Shown in pieces: positions 51,290 to 63,891 of a DNA stretch of 64,000 nucleotides. Origin of the DNA: Lama guanicoe (Eukaryota). Each line of letters starts with the position of its first letter. The stretch's first letter is position 1. The DNA is taken from assembly GCA_013239625.1 (NCBI GenBank), contig MU053557.1:3874123-3938122 (forward strand), written 5' to 3'. The position numbers were made by a program, and so were the translations under genes. Below the pieces are notes generated by a model, which had not been told where the DNA came from, did no database searches, and saw only the letters and a program-made list of their open reading frames with translations.

Positions 51290-52785
51290 AAAACTCTCAG
51301 GAGGGAAGAACTCCCAAACTCAGTCTATGAAGCCACTATTATACTCTGATACCAAAACCAGACAAAGACACTACCAAAAAAATAAAATTACAGGCCAGTA
51401 TCTTTGATGAACACAGACACAAAAATTCTCAACAAAGTATTAGCAGACTCCAGTAACACATAAAAAAGACCATACACTGTGATCAAGTTGGATTCATCCC
51501 AGGACACAAGGATGGTTCAACATATGCAAATCAATCAATGTGATACACCACATCAACAAAAGAAAACACAAAAACCACTTGATCATCTCAACAGATGCAG
51601 AAAAAGCATTTGATAAAATTCAACACCCATTTATGGTAAAAACTCTTACCAGAGAGGGTATAGAGGGAATGTATCTCAACATAATAAAAGCTATTTATGA
51701 CAAACCCACAGCCAACATAATAACAGTGAAAAGTTGAAAGCCTTCCCACTAAAATCTGGAACAAGACAAGGATGCCCACTCTTACCACTTCACTTCAACA
51801 TAGTATTGAAAGTCCTAGCCATAGGAATCACAAAATAAAAAGAAATAATTCGTGATATTGAGCATTTTTTCATGTGTCTATTGGCCAATTGTATGTCTCC
51901 ATTGGAGAATTGCTTGTTTAGGTCTTCTGCCCATTTTTGGATTGGGTTGTTTGTTTTTTTATTAAGCTTTATGAGCTGTTTATATATTTTGGAAATTAAA
52001 TCTTTGTCAGTCACTAATTATCAGAGAAATGCAAATCAAAACTACAATGAGGTATTGCCTCACACCAGTCAGAATGGGCATCATTCAAAAGTCCACAAAC
52101 AATAAATGCTGGAGAGGGTGTGGAGAAAAGGGAACCCTCCAACACTGTTGTTTGTAGGATGTAGTTTGGTGCAGCCACTGTGGAAACCAGTATGGACATT
52201 CCTCAAAAGACTAAAAATAGACTCACCGTATGATCCAGTAATCCCACTCCTGGGCATATATCTAGAAGGAACTCTAATTCGAAAAGATATATGCACCCCA
52301 GTGTTCATAGCAGCACTATGTATAATAGCCAAAACATGGAAACAACCTAAATATCCATTGACAGATGACTGGATAAAGAAGTTGTGGTATATTTATACAA
52401 TGGAATACTACTCAGTCATAAAAAGAATAAAATAATGCCATTTGCAGCAACATGGATGGACCTAGAGATCGTCATTCTAAGTGAAGTAAGCCAGAAAGAG
52501 AAATACCATATGATATCACTCATATGTGGGATCTAAAAAGAAAAAAAAAAGGACGCTATGAACTCATCTATAAAATAGACTTGCAGACATAGTAACAATC
52601 TTTTGGTTACCGGGGAAAGGGGGTGGGAAGGGATAAATTTGGGAGTTTGAGATTTGCAAATGTTAACCACTGTATGTAAAAATAGGTTGAAAAACCCCCA
52701 CAGGTTTCTTCTGTATAGCACAGGGAACTGTATTCAATGTCTTGTAATAAACTTTAATGAAAAATGAACATGAAAAAAAATGCAA
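51290..52785 (+). mobile_element. L1 with an internal inverted segment (about 51850-52012)
   Basis: RT-region [31 protein letters not shown], then an antisense piece, then the sense 3' end. Confidence 0.85.
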
Positions 52786-53041
52786 TTCTTGAGTTACAGA
52801 AGAAAAAAAACATAAAACCTACTGCGCATTCTGATACACCAGTCTGTCTCCACTTGTCTAATGGGAAATGAAAAGAAGCAATCCACTGATGCAAGTTTAA
52901 AATCAGACATCTGTCACATGCTCAGTTTCACTTTATCAGTTTAAGTATGAGAAACCCAGTAAAATTACTTGATAGCAGTTGTTTCCTACATTTTCTGGGA
53001 TCTGTGAAGTGGTTTAACTCAGGACGGGAAATTTTACTCAC

Positions 53042-53108
53042 CAGAACAAAAAAGAAATGCAAAGAAAATGTTGCAAATAGCTTTGATCCATGATGAGAAG
53101 AAAGGCAT
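53042..53108 (-). pseudogene. Intact-looking SPINK signal-peptide exon of a truncated paralog (unit about 52810-54800)
   Basis: ccacAG|atttgataaaATG; MPFFSSWIKAICNIFFAFLFCS; donor CTG|GTGAGT. No downstream micro-exon or Kazal exon found. Confidence 0.7.
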
Positions 53109-54004
53109 TTTATCAAATCTGTGGATGAAAACTTCAGAATGGTTTATAACTCACGAACAGGGAAAAATCCTGATTTTTCTATAAAGAGAAAAACAATCCA
53201 CACTCCACACATGATGAATTTCTTATTGGTAAAGGGACGGTTCCAGCCCCCTGGATTCCTAATTTAGGTGAACCTTTTCTTTTTCTTCTCTAAACCCTCA
53301 GATTCAATAAGATGTAACAGGTGACCTGAAAGTTCCAAGATAGGTGAGAGAAAGCCTTGGATCAAGTCCTGTTTGTACAGGCAAGAAGGGGCTGCCTACT
53401 TCCCCAGCCCTTTCCATCAGCTCATAAGGAACCTGGTACATTTAAGGAAAATGAGCATTTGGGGCAGCCCTCACAGCACTGCTGCACCCTCACTGGGGCT
53501 CACTCCCTAGTCCTCACCTGAACTCCCTGACACAGGGAGACCATGGAGAGTGAGGCCACCGCCTCTGGAAACTGGAACTATGTGCTTCACCTTCCTCCTC
53601 AATCTTCCTTCTAACTAAGTTGCTCTTATTGGTAGTGGGGAAAGAGAAGGGCCAGGACAGACAAAACAGAGCCATATTCTGTGTCGTTGCAGGGGGCTGT
53701 CAAGTAGATCAGAGGGATGCTTCACAAATACTTCTCAACAGATCTTCCCTCAGGTGGAGGCTTGGGGACAACTTGATCTGATGAATCCAAAATTAGGGAA
53801 GAGAGCTGGTAAAAAAATTTTTCTAAGATAGAGAAGATAGAGATTCTAAGATAGAGAAGATAGTTGAAAGCTTTCCAAGCAACTGAGTTGGAAAGGAACA
53901 AGAGAATTAAAGCAAGAAAAGAAGAGTTTGGTGAACTGTCATTAGATATGTACTAGACCCTTGGTAGCTTTCAATACCAGAAAGGAATGGTCTTCAATTG
54001 AAAC

Positions 54005-54160
54005 TTTCTTTTCTTTTTCAATTTTTTTCTTTTTTTTCTTTCTTTGTTTCCTTTCCTTTCTTTTCTTTTCTTTCTTTCCCTTTTCTTTCTTTCTTTCCCT
54101 TTTCTTTCTTTATTTCCTTCTTTCTTTCTTTCCTTTCTTTCTTTCCTCTCTTTCTTTTAC
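54005..54160. repeat. (CTTT)n-like pyrimidine low-complexity tract
   Basis: Imperfect TTTC/TTCC repeats. Confidence 0.85.
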
Positions 54161-54904
54161 TTTGAGACAATTGTAGATCTACAATTGTAAGAAGTAAGAC
54201 AGAGCAGTCCATTTTAACCGCTTTCCCCTAATAGTTTACATACATCGCGAAAGACTGTTATTGTACAATTTGACAACCAGTACTTGACATTAGCTAAGAC
54301 CTCTTTAGGAGTCTCACCACTAAGACTGTGGAACAAGTGTTTGTCGTTGAGGCCTGGGCAGTGGTATGTTTTGAAATTTCCAGACCAGTCAGGACCAGTC
54401 AGCTTTGGGCAAGCCTGGGCCAGAGCTCAGGCTGTGAATTTTCTGGGGTAGAAGAAAAATAGAAGCTGGGGAGTTAAGTTGAGAGCAGATGAAGCGATGC
54501 CCTAAATTTGATGTTCAATAATTTTATCTTTAACTTAGGTAATTGAAGACACTGGAGGCTTTTCAAGTAAGCGAGATATTTGATCAGAGTTACCTTCTTC
54601 CTTATTAACTAATCTGCTTCACAGTCTGAGTCATTGGAAAGAGCTTTGGCAGTTGAGAGATAGAGTCCAAACTCTATCTGCCCTTTACTAATTTTGACTC
54701 AATATTTAGACTTGCTAATATATACTTTCTTATTTTAAATATGAGAGTAAGAATTCCTAACTCCTTTGCTTGTCTTAAATGTTACAGGTAAAATCCTTAA
54801 ACTGTCTTCATTTAAACTGTGTAGTTGGCAAACATTTGTCACTCTGATCCTACCTGCTCCTTTTTCACAGTGAAGAAACCCAGTATTTAGAAAGAAACAT
54901 TTAA

Positions 54905-54985
54905 GTTATAGCCCAGTGGTAGAGCGCATGCTTAGCATGCATCAGGTCCTGGGTTCAATCTCCAGTACTCCATTAAAAAAAAAAT
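54905..54985 (+). mobile_element. tRNA-derived SINE (Vic-1-like)
   Basis: tatagcccagtggtagagcgcatgcttagcatgcatcaggtcctgggttcaatctccagtactcc plus A tail. Confidence 0.8.
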
Positions 54986-55899
54986 TTAAGATGAATACTT
55001 TTCCAGGCCAATTTAACCAAAGGACCCACAAGTAGTAAAGTGACTGTTATGCTCTTTGAATTATTGATTTAGACACCATCAGAGATGCTTGTAATAGACC
55101 ATTTCTTTTGGGGCAGGATATTTTAGGGAAAAACAAACTGAAGCCTAGAGGTGAAGTTATGTGAAAGCTCTTTATATATTCCATACACTTATATATATTT
55201 ATTGACAGAGATTAAGAGCAGGAGAGATAATCTCTGACTCACAATTGGTTTCTAAATTTAACAGAAAAGGAAATGTTAGGTGTGTAGATTTTTTTAATAC
55301 AACTTCACGAAGAAAAAAAATGTATATCTTATTCAAATTATGTCAGAGATGGTGGTAAGAAGGAACACACTATGAATTTGAGAAGCAGACATTTTAAAAG
55401 ACAAAGTCTAGGAACTTAGAGCAGTCTTGATCTTTCCTAAGTCATTATTACCATTAAGTGGGGGGCAAAGAAACTCACCACTCTGGGCAATAATAGAGAT
55501 GAGCTACTTAACTTAAGCATGTAAAGACACCAGCTAAGATTAATACTGGACCCTCCCCTAGGTGAGTGACTAGTACAGTTTTTTTTTTTTAAGAGGCCAC
55601 ATACGTTTAAAAACTGAATTATTTAAGTCCAAATTTCCTAAATGTTCAAAAGTGATTGGATTCTTCTAATAAGTGTCATACCACAGGAGAGACCAAAGGG
55701 GTTTGATAACAAAACCAGGAGATAAAAGTACTGGGCTAGAAACAAGGACAATTCTTTGTAAACCATGTTTCTAGAGGTTGGAGTGTCATGCTTGAATTCT
55801 TTCTCATGGGAAGGGAAGTGCGTGTTGAATAGAGAATGTGCATACTTGCAGACAGAACATGATTATAAAGTTGAGTAACCACTAACTGCCAGGAAATTT

Positions 55900-57980
55900 C
55901 TTTTTTATTAATTTACTTTTCATAATAAAATGCATATATTTAAAGTGTACAATATGATGATTTCTATACATATTTACATAGTAAAATGATTATTACAGTC
56001 AGGCTAATTAATGTATCATCTCCTCACCTAGTTATCATTTTTTGTATGTGATGAGTACACCTGAAATCTACTTTTAGAAAATTTCTAGTATTCAGTATTA
56101 TTAAATATAATCATAATGCCATACATTAACTCTCTAAACTTATTCATCCAACATAGCTTTAACTTTGTGCCCTTTGATCATGTGCCCTCCCATTTTCCTC
56201 ACTTCCCCACCCCTAGTAACAACCATTCTACTCGCTGCTTCTATGTATTCAACTTTTTTAGATTCCACATATTAGTGAGATCATGCAGGGTTTTTTCTTT
56301 CTGTGTCTGGCTTATTTCACTTAGCATAATGTACTCCAAGTTTACCCATGTTGTTTCAAATGGCAGGCTCTCCTTCTATTTAAGGCTGAATTATGTATGT
56401 ATATAATATATATAAATGTATGTATTTCACAATTTATTTACCCATTCACCCATCAACTGACACTTAGGTTGTTTCCATATCTTGGCTATTGTGAATGCTG
56501 CAGTGGCTGTGGGAACACAGATATCTCTTGAAGGTACTGATTTTATTTCCTTTGGGTATATACTCAGAAATGGGATTGCTGGGTCATTTGGTGGTTCTCT
56601 TTTTAGTTTTTTGAAGAACCTCCATACTGTTTTCCATAGTGGTTGTGCCAACTTAGATTCCCACCAACAGAGAGCAAGGTTCCCTTTTCTTCACATCCTC
56701 TCTAACACTTCATAACTTTTGTGTTTTTGAAAATAGCCAACTAAACAGGAGAAAGGTGATACCTCATTATGGCTTTGATTTGTATTTCCCTAATGATTAG
56801 TGATGCTGGGCACTTTTTCATATACTTATCGGCTATTTGTATGTATTCCTTGGAAAAACGTCTAGTATTCAGTTAGTTCTTTTGCTTTTTTTTTTTAAAT
56901 TGAGGTGTTTGACTTTTTGGCTATTGAATTGTATGTGTTCCTTATACATTTTGGATACACATAACCCCCTTATCAGATATGTGGTTTGCAAATATCTTCT
57001 TCCATTCTGTAAGTTATCTTTTTTCTTTTGCTGTGCAGAGCCTTTTTAGTTTGACGTAGTTCAGCTTTTGGTTTTTGCTTTTGTTGCCTGTGCATTTAGT
57101 GTCGTACACAAGAAGTCATTGCCAAGAGTGGTGTTAAGGAGCTTATTCCCTATATTCTCTTCTACGAGTTTCATGCTTTCAGATCTTACATTTATGTCTT
57201 TAACCTATTTGCGTTATTGTGTGCATGGTGTAAGATAAGGGCCCAATTTCATTTTTTTGCATTGTGATTATCCAGTTTTGCCAACATCATTTATTGAACA
57301 GACTATCCTTTACCTTTTGTTGAAGATCAGTTGACTGTATATATGATTGTATATGTGAGTTTATTTCTAGGCTCTCTGTTCTGTTCCATTAGGGTATGGT
57401 TCTGTTTTCATAGTAGTTCCATACCATTTTGATCACTATAGCTTTGTAATATAGTTTGAAACCAGGAAGTATGAGATCTTCAGTTTTGATATTTTCTGAA
57501 ATTGCTTTGGCTTTGTGAGGTCTTTTGTGGTTCCATACAAATTTTAGGATTTTTTTTCTATTTCTGTGCAAAGTGCCATAGGAATTTTAGTAGGGATTGC
57601 ACTGAACCTATAGATGACTTTGGGTAGTGTGGGTGGTTTAACAATATAAATTCTTCTGATCAGTGAACACAGGATATCTTTCCATTTATTTGTGTCTTCT
57701 TCAGTTTCTTTCATCAGACTTTTATGGCCTTCATTGTATATATCTTTTGCCTTCTTGGTTAAATTTATATTTAAATATTTTATTGCCTTGATGCTATTGT
57801 AAGTGGGACTGCTTTCTTAATTTCTCTTTCAAATAGTTCATATTGTATATAAATGCTACTAACTTTCTATGTTGATTTTGTATTCTGCAAATTTACTGAA
57901 TTTGTTCTAAAACATTTTTGGTGGAATATTTAGAGTTTTATACATAAAAGGTCATGTCATCTGCCAACTGAAGCAATTTT
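55900..57980 (-). mobile_element. L1 3' fragment
   Basis: Minus-strand ORF2 pieces [15 protein letters not shown] and LPGFKLYYKAIVIK. Confidence 0.88.
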
Positions 57981-59374
57981 ATGCAATGTATTGTAATGGT
58001 GCATTTATGAAATCTACATTTGTCTAAATCGAAAAATTTTACAGCACAAAAAGTAAATCCTGATGTATGTAAACTAAAACATTATTTGGGAGGTTGGAGG
58101 ATACCTAGGTAGAATGCAGATGGTAACAAATTAATCTAAAATGATCTAACTGTGCTACATGTATATGAAATAACCTAAAGGAAGGGGGTAGGGAAGTGAG
58201 GTGCTGACCTAAGTAACTTTAGTCATAAGTGGAGTCCAAGAGAAAAGGCAGAAAGTACTCCACATAAGCATTGTACGCTAGTGATAAAGTTATTTTTTTT
58301 CCCCAAAAGTGTGCAGGTTAACAATTCTGATACTACCATACCTGAAGACTCATTCTGTTGTACATTTTCTTTGGTGAGTTTTGTGTCAAATTTTTCAATT
58401 TAATGAGTTTAAAATTTTACCATTTTCTACTTCCAAATCAATTAGTATTAACTTACTGGATATTTGTAAATCGATGATTTTATAAAGATATTTTCTACAA
58501 TCAAAGCAGAGATTAAAAAGTTAAAAAATAAGAAAATAACATAGTTTATGGAAAAAGTACTCACATCTGTTTGCAGTAGAAATTCTTGTAAATTGCCTAT
58601 TTATTGCAATTAATAAGAGGATTTTTGTGGCATTAGTAAAAAAAAATCAACCTAAAATGAGCCAACTATTTAAAATGTTTTATTTGAAAAAAAACTGTAA
58701 TATGCTATTTTTAATAACCTCATACTCTGCTTGACAATATAATTTTTTGTGTGTAAATTTTTAAATGAGCCGTCCTGCTACTGGGGAAGAGAATGTCTTG
58801 CACGTATTTACTAAAATAAGAAAAATATATTAGCATTCTGTCCTACTTTTGGGGTTCTAGCTAACACCTCACAGCTTACCTTAGTCTGAAATTGAGGGAC
58901 AGCTTTGAGCTTCAAAGGCAGATAAGTTGTCAGCAGAGGGATTCATGAGTCCACTTCTTAGGTAAAGCCTTGACTTTAGTAGATTCAGGGCTGGCAAACA
59001 ACAAATTAGATGGTCAAGCATTGCCAGAATTAGAACACATCACCCCTCCTTACATTTTGCATTTCACAATTGTGGAATCTGGGCCTCTAAGGGAAAAAGA
59101 ATTTAGTTAAAATTCTTGAGTTAGAGATGAACAAAGACCTAACACCTACTGCCCATTCTGCCCACCAGTCTGTTTTAGCTTCTCGAATGTGGGAAATGAG
59201 GAAAAGCAATCCACTGATGTAATTATTAAAAAAGGCATTTGGAACTGTTTCAGTTTACTAGCTTAAGGATTACAAACTTCATAAAACAGCCTTCTCTTTT
59301 TTCAAAATAACAGGAGTTACTTCCTTCATTCTCTAGGATATGTGGTATTTTGCCCAAGACTGAAATTGACTGGC

Positions 59375-59443
59375 CAGAGTAAAAAAAGGAAATGCCAAGC
59401 CAATGATGAAAATAGCTTTGATCCATGGTGAGAAGAGGGACAT
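59375..59443 (-). pseudogene. Disabled SPINK signal exon of a truncated paralog (unit about 59130-61450)
   Basis: MSLFSPWIKAIFIIGLAFP, then a +2 T-run frameshift (69 vs 67 nt); donor GTAAGTCA changed to GCCAGTCA. Confidence 0.75.
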
Positions 59444-60389
59444 TTTTTCCAGGCTGTGGAAGATACCTGTAGGAGTGTTTGTAACAATGGTACACACCAC
59501 ATTAGATGGAAAGAAACCAGAGCCAGGTTCTCGAAATTTCCTCCCTTCTAAAGGAATTGCTCCAACCTCCTAGAGGACTATACCTTTTTTCCTTCCCCTA
59601 ACCCTACAATTCAATAGAACCTAAGTCATTATTGGAAGGCTTCCCCAGAGATGTTTAAGAAGGTCCAGGAAAATAACTGTCAACAAACTGGAAAGCAGCC
59701 CTCCTGGCCACGGTACACACCAGGACTGCCACCCTAGAACCCCAACAAGTGACCTGACCTGCCTGACAGGGAGAAACTGGGGAGTGGTGGTGGTGGCTCT
59801 GAGACAGTGGCTGTCTTGTTCACCTTCCCTCCTCAGCCATCTCCTTCCTGCTCAGTCTGTTTCATTGGTTGGCTGGTGAGGAGTTTGACTGGGGTGAGCA
59901 TGATGGGCAGGGCAGATAAGACTCAGAGGTATGCTGTGTCCTCCCTAGGAGCTGTAAAGGAGGTCATGAGAGATGCTTCACAAGTAATTGTCAATTAATC
60001 TTCCCTCAGCAGGAGGCCTGGGGGACAACTTGATCTGATGTACCCAGAAGTATGGAGAAGGGTCAGAGATCCTAAAATGGAAAAGGCAGGTGAAAGCTTT
60101 CCAAGCAAGTGAGTTCAAAACGGTAGAGAGAATCAAGCAGGAAAAAGAAGAGTCTGGGAATGATAATCAGATAATTCAGGGCCTGCACCCTAAAGATTAA
60201 AAAAAAACTACAGGCATATTAGAATTCCGTGGGAAATTTTCTAGAGTATGAACGCAGTATCCTGCAATCAATAGTGTGAACTGGTAGGTAGAGGAGGCCT
60301 GGGCAGTGGGACTTTGTAAAAGCTCCCGGAGAAGTCCCCTGTGCAGCCAGGTTTTGGAGAAGCTTGTCTTGGGGATGGGATGCGAGTAT

Positions 60390-61050
60390 ATATATTTCTA
60401 ATTGAGATACACTGACATGCAACATAGAGTAAATTTAAGGTGTACAACATGATGATTTGATAGTTTATATATTGCAGTGATACCATTGTATTTTTTATTA
60501 TTTTTTAAAGCTATTTATGTATTTATTTTATAATATCATTTTTAAGTTGAAGTATAGTTGATATACAATACTACATGTTATGGATATACAATATAGTGAT
60601 TCACAATTTTTAAAGATTATACTCTATTTATAGTTATTATAAAATACTGGCTGTATTCCCCATTAGGTACAATACATCCTTGTAGCTCATTTTACCCCTG
60701 ATCCTTTGTACCTCCTAATCCTCCGCCTCCATCTTGCCCCTCCCCCTTCCCTCTCCCCACTGGTAACCAGCAGTTCCTTTTCTACATCTGTGAGTCTGTT
60801 TCTTTTCTGTTATATTCACTAGTTTGTTGCATTTTTTTTAGATTCCACAGGTAAGTGATGTCTTATAGTATTTATCGTTCTCTCTCTGACCTATTTCACT
60901 TAGCATAATGCTAAGACCATCCATGCTGTACTTACCTAAAACCTTGGTCATGTCACTTAATTCTTTTTTTCTGTTAGTAAGAACACTGAAGTTCATAATA
61001 CAGAATTGTTGACTATAATCACTACCCTGTGCATTAGCTCTCCAGATCTG
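60390..61050 (-). mobile_element. Nested L1 3'-end fragments
   Basis: Two L1 3'UTR pieces interrupt the homology with the 53-54.8 kb unit. Confidence 0.7.
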
Positions 61051-61591
61051 ATTTTTTTGGAACAGGAGAGAGTGAAAGCTGGGGAGTAAATCTGGCAGTG
61101 AATGGGACATTGCCTTAAGTTACATGGTTCCAACTACATTACGTGGGACATGGTAAAAATTTGTGCTTTACATCAGAGATGCTTGAGGGACACTTTGGAG
61201 ATATTTGAGGCTCTTTTTCAAAGGCAGAGATTCATTCATTGTTAGCTTCTCCCTAATTAAATCATCTCCTCAGTCAGACTCAGTGGAAAGATCACTGGCA
61301 GGTGAAGGATGGAGTACAAATCCCATCTGTCACTGAGTAACCTGGACTCAGGTTCAACCTTCATAATCCACAGTCTTCTTATCATAAATATACCCATCTT
61401 ACATAATTACGATAAATAGGGATAAAACAAGAGAAGTCCAAGTGTCTATGCTTTGAGCAAACACCCAAGTAATATATTGTTTGTTCACCTTTGGGAATTT
61501 AATTATAGTCACCAGAAGTATTCATGTGTTTCAGCCCACTAACCAACCAAAGAAAGAAAAGGTATTTAATAAAGATGATATTATTTAACAT

Positions 61592-61597
61592 TTTATT
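61592..61597 (-). terminator. Polyadenylation signal of the acrosin inhibitor-like gene
   Basis: AATAAA on the minus strand about 275 nt after the stop. Confidence 0.65.
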
Positions 61598-61872
61598 GAC
61601 TGAAATATCTGATTATAAATTGCATTACATTTTCTGTTACCAATGGTTTTTCAACTGTCATGGAATAATTGAACATAGAAAATAAGTCGCTTATCTGCAG
61701 GTTCTTAGAGTTGGAAAAATTCTTCAATATTCTGTTCTCCATCTTGTGTACCTTAGGGGACTTTGTCTGGTCATCTAGGAATTCAAGGCCTGACTGAGAG
61801 GACTCATCCGTTGTAGAATCCACAGCAGCACAGGACTGCAATAAAAGCCACAGAAGTGTGCGCCTGAGGCAG

Positions 61873-61918
61873 TCAGCACTCACCATAATGACTAAAATCG
61901 AATTTTCCACTATTTTCG
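61873..61918 (-). CDS. Sperm-associated acrosin inhibitor-like Kazal protein, terminal exon
   Basis: tttcttcctttacAG|C; (L)ENSGKFDFSHYGEC*. Confidence 0.88.
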
Positions 61919-62800
61919 CTGTAAAGGAAGAAAAATAAATTATATTGTAAAAATAGGAAAATCACCTGATCTTGCACTGAGTGCTTCTCGGGGAGGAGCA
62001 CCTGCACGTGAGGCAGTGAGGAGAGGCTGTGCTCCATTCCAGGAGCAGCAGGGCCCCTCGGAGCCCCCCACCCTGCCCAGGTCCTCCTGACCAGGGGCTC
62101 CTCGACTCCTCCTGACTCAGCCTTGGAGCCCACCCAGGCCAGAGAGAAGATGGATTTCCCATTGTTTGAGTTGCTCTCTGTTAGAGAAGCCACTTTGGGG
62201 ATTAACTGAGAGGAAACACCTATGTGAGAAAATGAGGTAGGAAGTAGCCAGGCTGGCTGAGCCTGGGACTTGCAGGCTCCCTCCTGGGGAGGGGACAGGA
62301 AGGGAGGTGGGGTGATGTGTCCTGAATGCCATGGAGTTCAGGAGACCAAGTGGACCATCAGAGGAGTTTCTTCCTGGCAGGAAGTGCTCAATCTGAGGGA
62401 TTTAAATTTCTGTAGTCAGGCTGGTTTCTTGCTCAGTCCTGCTCCCTGTAGCTCGGCGCTACACTGTGGAGATTATCATTCAGTGTCTGGACTTCTGAAT
62501 TACATTCTATTGGTCACCAGACTGCCGTTAGTAAGTCATAATAATTAAATTAAGTTAAATTGATTCCTGCTTTTGCAGAATATCCTGGAGGGATATGTTG
62601 AGAGGTGAAATCAAAAGTACTTTTAGAAACGAGAACTTCAGGGAAAGGTACAGGTGTGTTTTCTGTGGCTTTTACAGAGAGAGCACAGTTATTTCCCATT
62701 TACACTGTGTCTAGACTATCGGAAGCATGGGTGTTCCTCTCATTTTGTGGTGGTTTCTTCATTATTTTGGAAGAGTCAGTATTTAGTCTTGTGTTCTTAC

Positions 62801-62916
62801 AGCTTTTCACTGCAGAAAACGCATCTGTTGGAATAAGTTTGGCCATTGGTTGCACAGACTGGATCCATTTCTCTGGTGCAATAATGTAATTGATCCACAT
62901 ACACATCACAGTTTGG
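62801..62916 (-). CDS. Sperm-associated acrosin inhibitor-like Kazal core exon
   Basis: ttaatAG| PNCDVYVDQLHYCTREMDPVCATNGQTYSNRCVFCSEK, donor CT|GTAAGA. Closely resembles the recalled pig sperm-associated acrosin inhibitor (CTREMDP.C.TNG..Y.N.C.FCSEKL). Confidence 0.9.
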
Positions 62917-63853
62917 CTATTAAAGAGACAACAAAATTTTTCAGATAATGAATTTTTGGAATAAAATGTTCTTTGTTCTTAATACAGTATGCTATGCATC
63001 AAAATGGAATGTATCCCTACATTGAGGTTTAAAAATAAACATCAAGGTACTTACATAATGCTTAGGAAAAAATTATTGATATATTTTTACAACTCCAATG
63101 TTATTTTTTTATAGAAATGGCTGAATGCTCTTTTATAATTTAGCCTCTCTGCCCCTACTTCTCCTCATATCTGGGTCAGATTTTCCCCATTATCTCAGAA
63201 GAAATCATAACCCTGAATTGGTTATAATTCCCCTGTCTCATTAGTTCCACTAGTAGATAAACTGATAGTTTCCGATTATCACCACATATGTATGTATTCA
63301 TATATGTGAGTATGTGTGTTTATAACCATGGACATATATATGGAATTTGTTTAGTGATGGCAGTAATTGCACACATAATTGTGTGTATTCTTATGTGGCC
63401 TGCTCTTTAAATGTCTTTTGATACCACTATCTATTTAGATGTTTATAACTGAAGGTGGTACTCTTCACCTCCATATTTCAGTCTGTGAGTATATGAAAAC
63501 TATTATATTTTATTCGTGTATGAAGAAATTAGCTTTTTTAAACCCTCTTGTTTTGCTAGGATAAGCAAATCTACTTTAAACCCCCTTTAACAAATCTTTT
63601 CGGATGCTTGTCTAAAACAAAGTTTATGCCCAATAATAAACTTTTGAATAATGGGATTTTTTACCTTGTCTGAAATGACAAATGGTTGTATATGGCTGCA
63701 AGATTCCATTTCTAGAACTTAGTATAATAATACTTTTTTTCTTACTTTTTGAAGGATTATTCTGTTGTATATTTGATAAAATTTGCTGTTAAAACTTAAA
63801 AAAAATTTAAAGTTTACCTTTTTCAATTTCCAAATTAATCAGTATAAACTTAC

Positions 63854-63891
63854 CTTTTCACGTGTGTCTGCTGAAGGTGCAAAACCAGTTT
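63854..63891 (-). CDS. Sperm-associated acrosin inhibitor-like micro-exon (signal exon lies beyond the window)
   Basis: ggctgcAG|AA; (E)TGFAPSADTREK; 38 nt; donor AAG|GTAAGT. Confidence 0.85.

Noticed and set aside
12865..53108. Functional chimera spliced from intact pieces of different minus-strand relics
   Set aside because: The only intact micro-exon (12865-12905) lies downstream of the Kazal exons, so no frame-compatible order exists.
53961..54212. Phe-rich and Lys/Glu-rich ORFs
   Set aside because: Translations of a CTTT microsatellite.
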